Positions 59,730-64,000 of a stretch of DNA of 64,000 nt are shown in pieces. Within the stretch, counting starts at the first letter, position 1. Each line of letters opens with the position of its first letter. Source of the stretch: Spirochaetia bacterium (GTDB taxonomy: Bacteria > Spirochaetota > Spirochaetia > DSM-27196 > Salinispiraceae); contig JBBRCZ010000001.1 of NCBI GenBank assembly GCA_038204425.1, forward strand, positions 256,001 to 320,000, written 5' to 3'. The notes beneath the pieces are model-generated. The model saw only the letters and a program-made list of their open reading frames with translations, did no database searches and was not told the DNA's origin. A program made the translations under genes and the position numbers.

Positions 59730-60238
59730 AGACTTTTATACCCACGCTGTTGAAACACTTTGTCCATGAGTCTAAGCAGGAGAAAAATTAAAGGCGAAAG
59801 TACAATTGTGGAAAAGAGCTCAAAAAGATGATTTAACGTAAAAAGTTGATCGGTGATAAAATTGAGGCCAAGTACCCAAGACAATATGAGGATCAAGACG
59901 AATCTAGACAGCATTGAGACTGAGACTATTAGCAAGGGTATAAACAAAAAATCGAGTTTGACGACGTTTACAAAGCGACCTATGGCGTAACCAGACAATG
60001 ACATTACGAAGATGTAAAATCCAAAGGGCCCACTTGAAAAACAGTCGGCAATAAGACCTGTAACGATACCAAGCAATAAGCCAAGGCTCGGTCCGTTCTT
60101 GAAAGAAAAATATACAAGCACAGCGAATGCCAGGTTTGGAAAAAGTCCCGTTTGTAAGAAGTTTGAGATTAGAGTTGAAGAAAGCAGCAGTGTAAGAAAT
60201 TCAATTAGTGAATATACTAAGATATGGATGGACTTCAT
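59726..60238 (-). CDS. mreD: Rod shape-determining protein MreD
   Basis: Hydrophobic, GLIAD motif, lies between mreC and mrdA. Confidence 0.85.
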   Translation of the reverse strand: MKSIHILVYSLIEFLTLLLSSTLISNFLQTGLFPNLAFAVLVYFSFKNGPSLGLLLGIVTGLIADCFSSGPFGFYIFVMSLSGYAIGRFVNVVKLDFLFIPLLIVSVSMLSRFVLILILSWVLGLNFITDQLFTLNHLFELFSTIVLSPLIFLLLRLMDKVFQQRGYKSL

Positions 60239-61074
60239 TGCAAACCACCAATTAGGACATAGATATAGTCAAGTTTGCCGAAGATACATAATGGTTTGAT
60301 GGATAGCTCCAAGAAGGACTCATAAGGTTTTTTTTCGATAGCTTCAACCGTTCCTATCGGTATCCCAGCTGGAAAAATAGAGTTTAGACCCGATGTACTA
60401 ACTTCATCACCAATCTTTAACTGGTTCCTGGCAGCTGGATCAATGTATGTCATGGTGAGATTCTGTTCACCGCTTCCATTTCCTATCAGGAGGCCTTCAA
60501 ATCGACTCGTGCTCAGGCGACCACCTATATTGCTGCGTCTATCATACAATGGCTGAATTCGCGAACTAAATGGAGCTACTGTGCTGATCTTTCCAACCAA
60601 ACTTTGCTTTCCATCTTGGATTACAATGACTGGCATGTCTTTTCGAACGCCATCGTTATAGCCTTTGTTGACCGTAATGGTAGAAAAAATAATCCCCGGG
60701 TCCTTACCTATTACCTGTGCAACCAGTGTTGAAAAGCTAAGACCCCCCTTTAGGTTTAGAATCTCTCCCAACCTAAAATTTTGTTGTCGTAGACTATCAA
60801 TGTCACTTTGCTGTTCCTCTAAGGTACGCAGGCGAGCCACGACCTGATTATAATCTTTCCTTAGTGTCTCAAGCGTTTGCGCAGAATTTACTGTATCGTT
60901 ATACAATCCACCAATCGCGTTGGTGGAATTTTGAAAGAAAGATCCAATGGCCAATCCAAGATCTTTGGGACTTCCCAGTGATGTAGTTTCAGAAAACCAC
61001 ATACTTATAGTTGAACCACTAAGAACAAAAAGAAGCAAAATAATCGTACTGTTTCGTTTAAGAAAATCCTTCAT
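60235..61074 (-). CDS. mreC: Rod shape-determining protein MreC
   Basis: TM plus coiled coil, NKG..DGV, TSGL..IFPAGIPIG. Confidence 0.93.
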   Translation of the reverse strand: MKDFLKRNSTIILLLFVLSGSTISMWFSETTSLGSPKDLGLAIGSFFQNSTNAIGGLYNDTVNSAQTLETLRKDYNQVVARLRTLEEQQSDIDSLRQQNFRLGEILNLKGGLSFSTLVAQVIGKDPGIIFSTITVNKGYNDGVRKDMPVIVIQDGKQSLVGKISTVAPFSSRIQPLYDRRSNIGGRLSTSRFEGLLIGNGSGEQNLTMTYIDPAARNQLKIGDEVSTSGLNSIFPAGIPIGTVEAIEKKPYESFLELSIKPLCIFGKLDYIYVLIGGLQ

Positions 61075-61086
61075 CCTTGATTGAGA

Positions 61087-62124
61087 CTAAGTATTGAGGT
61101 TGCTATACATGCTTCGAGACTTGTTGATCCCCTTAGCATGTTCGAAATACATACCTGCACCGATAGCAACGCATTCTAGGGGAGCCTCCGCTCTAAATGC
61201 CGGTACGCCTGTCTCATTTGAGATAAGTATATCAAGGCCCTTGAGCAAAGAACCGCCGCCGGTCATAACTATACCTCTTTCAACGATATCCGCAGCTAGT
61301 TCTGGCGGAGTCTGACTAAGTGTTTTCTTAATTTCTTCGATAATAGCGTTGATTGGCTCTTGCAGAGCGTCACGAACTTCCACACTATCGATCTCTAAAC
61401 GCCTTGGAAGTCCAGTATGTGCGTCTGTGCCTTTGATTTCCATTTTTTCTATTTTTTTGTCCGGAGTAGCATTTCCGATATTTTTTTTCAGCTCTTCAGC
61501 AGTTCGTTCTCCAATAATTAAGTTGTGAACATTCCTCACATGCTTAATTATTGCCTCATCAAATTCATCACCACCAACTCTAATTGCGTTGGTGACTACC
61601 ATTCCGCCCAAGGAAATAACTGATATTTCGCTGGTGCCACCGCCTATGTCCACAACCATGTGTCCTGCTGGTTCATATATCGGTATGTTCGCCCCAATTG
61701 CGGCCGCAAGGGATTCTTCTATTACCTTGACTTCGCGTGCTCCGGCTTTTAGTGCCGAATCATACACTGCTCGACGTTCGACGTCAGTTATACATGAAGG
61801 GACGCCAATTACCATTCGTGGCTTTACAAAAGGATGCTTTGGTAGAACCTTGTTGATGAAATAACGAATCATCTTTTCTGTAGTATCCATATCAGCTATT
61901 ACACCATCTCTTAGTGGTCGTATGGCAATAATGTCACCTGGCGTCCTATACAACATTCGCTTGGCTTCCTCGCCAACAGCAACTACTTTTTTTGTTCCTC
62001 GTTCAACAGCAACTACTGATGGTTCATTGGCGAGGATACCCTTGCCGCGAACATATACCAAGGTGTTACAAGTACCTAAATCAATACCAAGATCGTTCGA
62101 AAACGCGGACATAAAACCAGCCAC
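61087..62124 (-). CDS. mreB: Actin-like MreB
   Basis: [35 protein letters not shown]. Confidence 0.97.
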   Translation of the reverse strand: MAGFMSAFSNDLGIDLGTCNTLVYVRGKGILANEPSVVAVERGTKKVVAVGEEAKRMLYRTPGDIIAIRPLRDGVIADMDTTEKMIRYFINKVLPKHPFVKPRMVIGVPSCITDVERRAVYDSALKAGAREVKVIEESLAAAIGANIPIYEPAGHMVVDIGGGTSEISVISLGGMVVTNAIRVGGDEFDEAIIKHVRNVHNLIIGERTAEELKKNIGNATPDKKIEKMEIKGTDAHTGLPRRLEIDSVEVRDALQEPINAIIEEIKKTLSQTPPELAADIVERGIVMTGGGSLLKGLDILISNETGVPAFRAEAPLECVAIGAGMYFEHAKGINKSRSMYSNLNT

Positions 62125-62133
62125 AAAAACCTC

Positions 62134-63084
62134 CTAAGAATTCAGTCTACTTATTGCACCTGTATGTTTTGAATCGAGCACAAAGGCCTGTCTCCATTGT
62201 GCGCGAGCTTTGACCGTATCGCCTTTTGACGAAAATATTTCCCCAAGGAAAAAATAAGCATCAGCTGACGAAGAGTTGATCTCTATTGCTTTGTTGCAAG
62301 CTTCCAATGCGTCATCATATTGTTTTTTTTTGATCAAAAGATCCGCTTTTTTAACGTACGCCTTTTCCAAGGCTATTTTGTCCTTGGAAACCTTGATGAC
62401 ATCCGCTACGACTTGCAAAGCGCCATCAATATTTGAGCTCATGTCATAAGTGTTTGCTAGTGCAAGGTTGACTAGGTCTCTATTGTTAAGTTGTATTGAT
62501 TTTTTGAAGTACTGAGCTGCACTTTCAAAGCGACTAAAACTTGCTTCAATCAGGCCAAGATACTCGAAAACATCGTATGAGTGGTATCCCAAATCCACGG
62601 TTTTCTTTAAGTGAGTAAGACTTTCTGTTTGGAAAAAGTATCCAAGCTGATAGTAGGCTTTGCCAAGAATATAGTATACGTCAGCATTTTTCCTAAACGG
62701 TTCGACTACTAATGCCTTTCGCAAGCTGAGAATTGATTCATGTAGAAACCTGTTCTTTTGTTCAAATTCGTCTTGAGAAACCGCCAAATAGAAAGCGGAA
62801 AATCCATTAAAGATGAGTGCTTCATGATCCAACGGGTTGCCATTTAGAGTCAGTACGCTTTTATTGTATACATTGAGATAATCTTCTGCATCCCAAAAGA
62901 CTGCGTAGTCGACTACTATCTCAGCGCTTGTTTCAACGCTTTGCTCACTTGGGATATTTGATGTGTTTTTAAGCACCAATACTACAGTCACGAGCGTAGA
63001 GACTATCAATACTCCAACAACAAGTAGTAATATTTTTTTGGATATTTTTGTTTTTATAAAGTTAGTACGAATTCCAAAACTCAT
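62134..63084 (-). CDS. Membrane-anchored TPR protein
   Basis: N-terminal TM and multiple TPRs (YYILGKAY, AYFFLGE). Confidence 0.8.
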   Translation of the reverse strand: MSFGIRTNFIKTKISKKILLLVVGVLIVSTLVTVVLVLKNTSNIPSEQSVETSAEIVVDYAVFWDAEDYLNVYNKSVLTLNGNPLDHEALIFNGFSAFYLAVSQDEFEQKNRFLHESILSLRKALVVEPFRKNADVYYILGKAYYQLGYFFQTESLTHLKKTVDLGYHSYDVFEYLGLIEASFSRFESAAQYFKKSIQLNNRDLVNLALANTYDMSSNIDGALQVVADVIKVSKDKIALEKAYVKKADLLIKKKQYDDALEACNKAIEINSSSADAYFFLGEIFSSKGDTVKARAQWRQAFVLDSKHTGAISRLNS

Positions 63085-63170
63085 ATATTATTGCCATGAT
63101 TATTACACAGCATTGATCTCAAAAAGTCAATCGGCTTTGTAGAGATTGTTGATATGTTGTGGACAAAAAA

Positions 63171-63517
63171 GTGCAGGCCTATAAGCCGGGTTCTGTACCC
63201 TTTCAGGCGGATATCATCTATCTTGCAGTGCGTTTTTGCACCTTTAGCAACCTACCCATACATGTTCATTAAATGAAGGGTGGAAATCCCCATGTACTGC
63301 TTGGTTTTGCTCCCGACAAGGTTTGCCCTGCCCCTATTGTTACCAATAGGGCGGTGGGCTCTTACCCCACCATTTCACCCTTACCTTCCGGCGGTATATT
63401 TTCTGTGGCACTATCTATAGACAAATATTGTCTTCCGGCAATTAACCGGTGTCGTTTTCCATGGAGCCCGGACTTTCCTCCATACTACAAGAGTATGGCG
63501 ATACCCCAGCCTGCACC
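63171..63517 (-). ncRNA. rnpB: RNase P RNA, bacterial class A
   Basis: The minus strand has GAGGAAAGTCCGGGCTC, AGTGCCACAGAAA, GGGTGAAA, GGTAAGAGC and ACAGAACCCGGCTTAT. P1 pairing GTGCAGG...CCTGCAC is followed by a T-tract. Confidence 0.97.
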
Positions 63518-63522
63518 TACTT

Positions 63523-64000
63523 TTATTCTATTTCATCCTCTACTACTTCGTCTTCGTCATCATCAGAACTCAATGGGTCGTCATGTGCGTCGTCAATTTC
63601 ATCGGCTTCTATACCGTCTTCTTCCGAGACCTCGCCGTCTGAATCTATATCGTCGTCATCATCATCGTCGTCATCTACGACTACCGTTTCCTCGTCTTCG
63701 ACAAGGTCGTCACCGGCTTCATCGTCGTCATCATCTAAGTATCCCTCATTCATTTCAGCTTCCATCAGGCGGGCTTCGTCCATTTCCTCATCTTCAACGT
63801 CGTCATCATCCTCAGTATGGAAAAGCATTGACTCATCATAAACGAAGTCATAGTACACTTCGTCGCTGTCTTCATGATAAAGAATCATTGAACAATACGG
63901 GCAAAAATGAGGTTGATCATCGCGGTTACTACGTACTTCATTGACGAACTGCAAAGGGAGTATCATGTTACAGCCGGTACATACTCCTTTGGACAAAGGA
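63523..64000 (-). CDS. C4-type zinc-ribbon protein (DUF164-like) with a long acidic tail; 5' part outside the window
   Basis: CTGC...CPYC motif followed by a D/E-rich tail; sits directly upstream of rnpB. Confidence 0.88.
   Translation of the reverse strand, partial: PLSKGVCTGCNMILPLQFVNEVRSNRDDQPHFCPYCSMILYHEDSDEVYYDFVYDESMLFHTEDDDDVEDEEMDEARLMEAEMNEGYLDDDDDEAGDDLVEDEETVVVDDDDDDDDDIDSDGEVSEEDGIEADEIDDAHDDPLSSDDDEDEVVEDEIE

Noticed and set aside
63273..63944. 223-aa and 130-aa plus-strand ORFs rich in Arg/His or Ser
   Set aside because: They are shadows of the acidic GAY/GAR codon run and of rnpB on the minus strand.
1..64000. CRISPR arrays, IS/prophage/integrase genes, defence systems, tRNA or rRNA
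   Set aside because: No repeat-spacer pattern, mobile-element motifs or cloverleaf structures were seen; intergenic gaps are short and largely explained.

Overview
A gene-dense core chromosomal segment, most likely from a spirochaete. This is inferred from gene content and order (ddl-murE-hflCK, cmk-rpsA, mreBCD-mrdA-rodA, zinc-ribbon gene next to rnpB, and spirochaete-type TPR/SH3 lipoproteins). I saw no mobile elements, CRISPR arrays, rRNA or tRNA genes. Contents in order: rhomboid, xth and an ABC-F; an envelope cluster (TPR lipoprotein, lytic transglycosylase, a sigma28-promoter gene, SH3 lipoprotein); ferritin and rubredoxin; aroK/aroC; a five-subunit Nqr/Rnf-like operon (B/C/D/E/F with no NqrA, RnfC or RnfB) plus an unknown sixth gene, divergent from a lipoate ligase-FMN-barrel-pyruvate dehydrogenase operon; cinA, trpS, a HAD hydrolase, an Fe-S-less MutY, a phosphohexomutase, a beta-barrel OMP, a hybrid histidine kinase, dapL, ddl, murE, hflKC, rpe and prs; a long recA-to-adenylate-cyclase run; the elongasome operon; and RNase P RNA. 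The most notable observations are the NqrA-less ion-pumping complex coupled to PDH, a probable CTG-initiated folK coupled to the recA stop, many promoter-like motifs placed directly before SD-less start codons (possible leaderless mRNAs), a sigma28-type promoter in the envelope cluster, and a degenerate sigma54 activator. All calls come from reading motifs by eye; no database searches were run.
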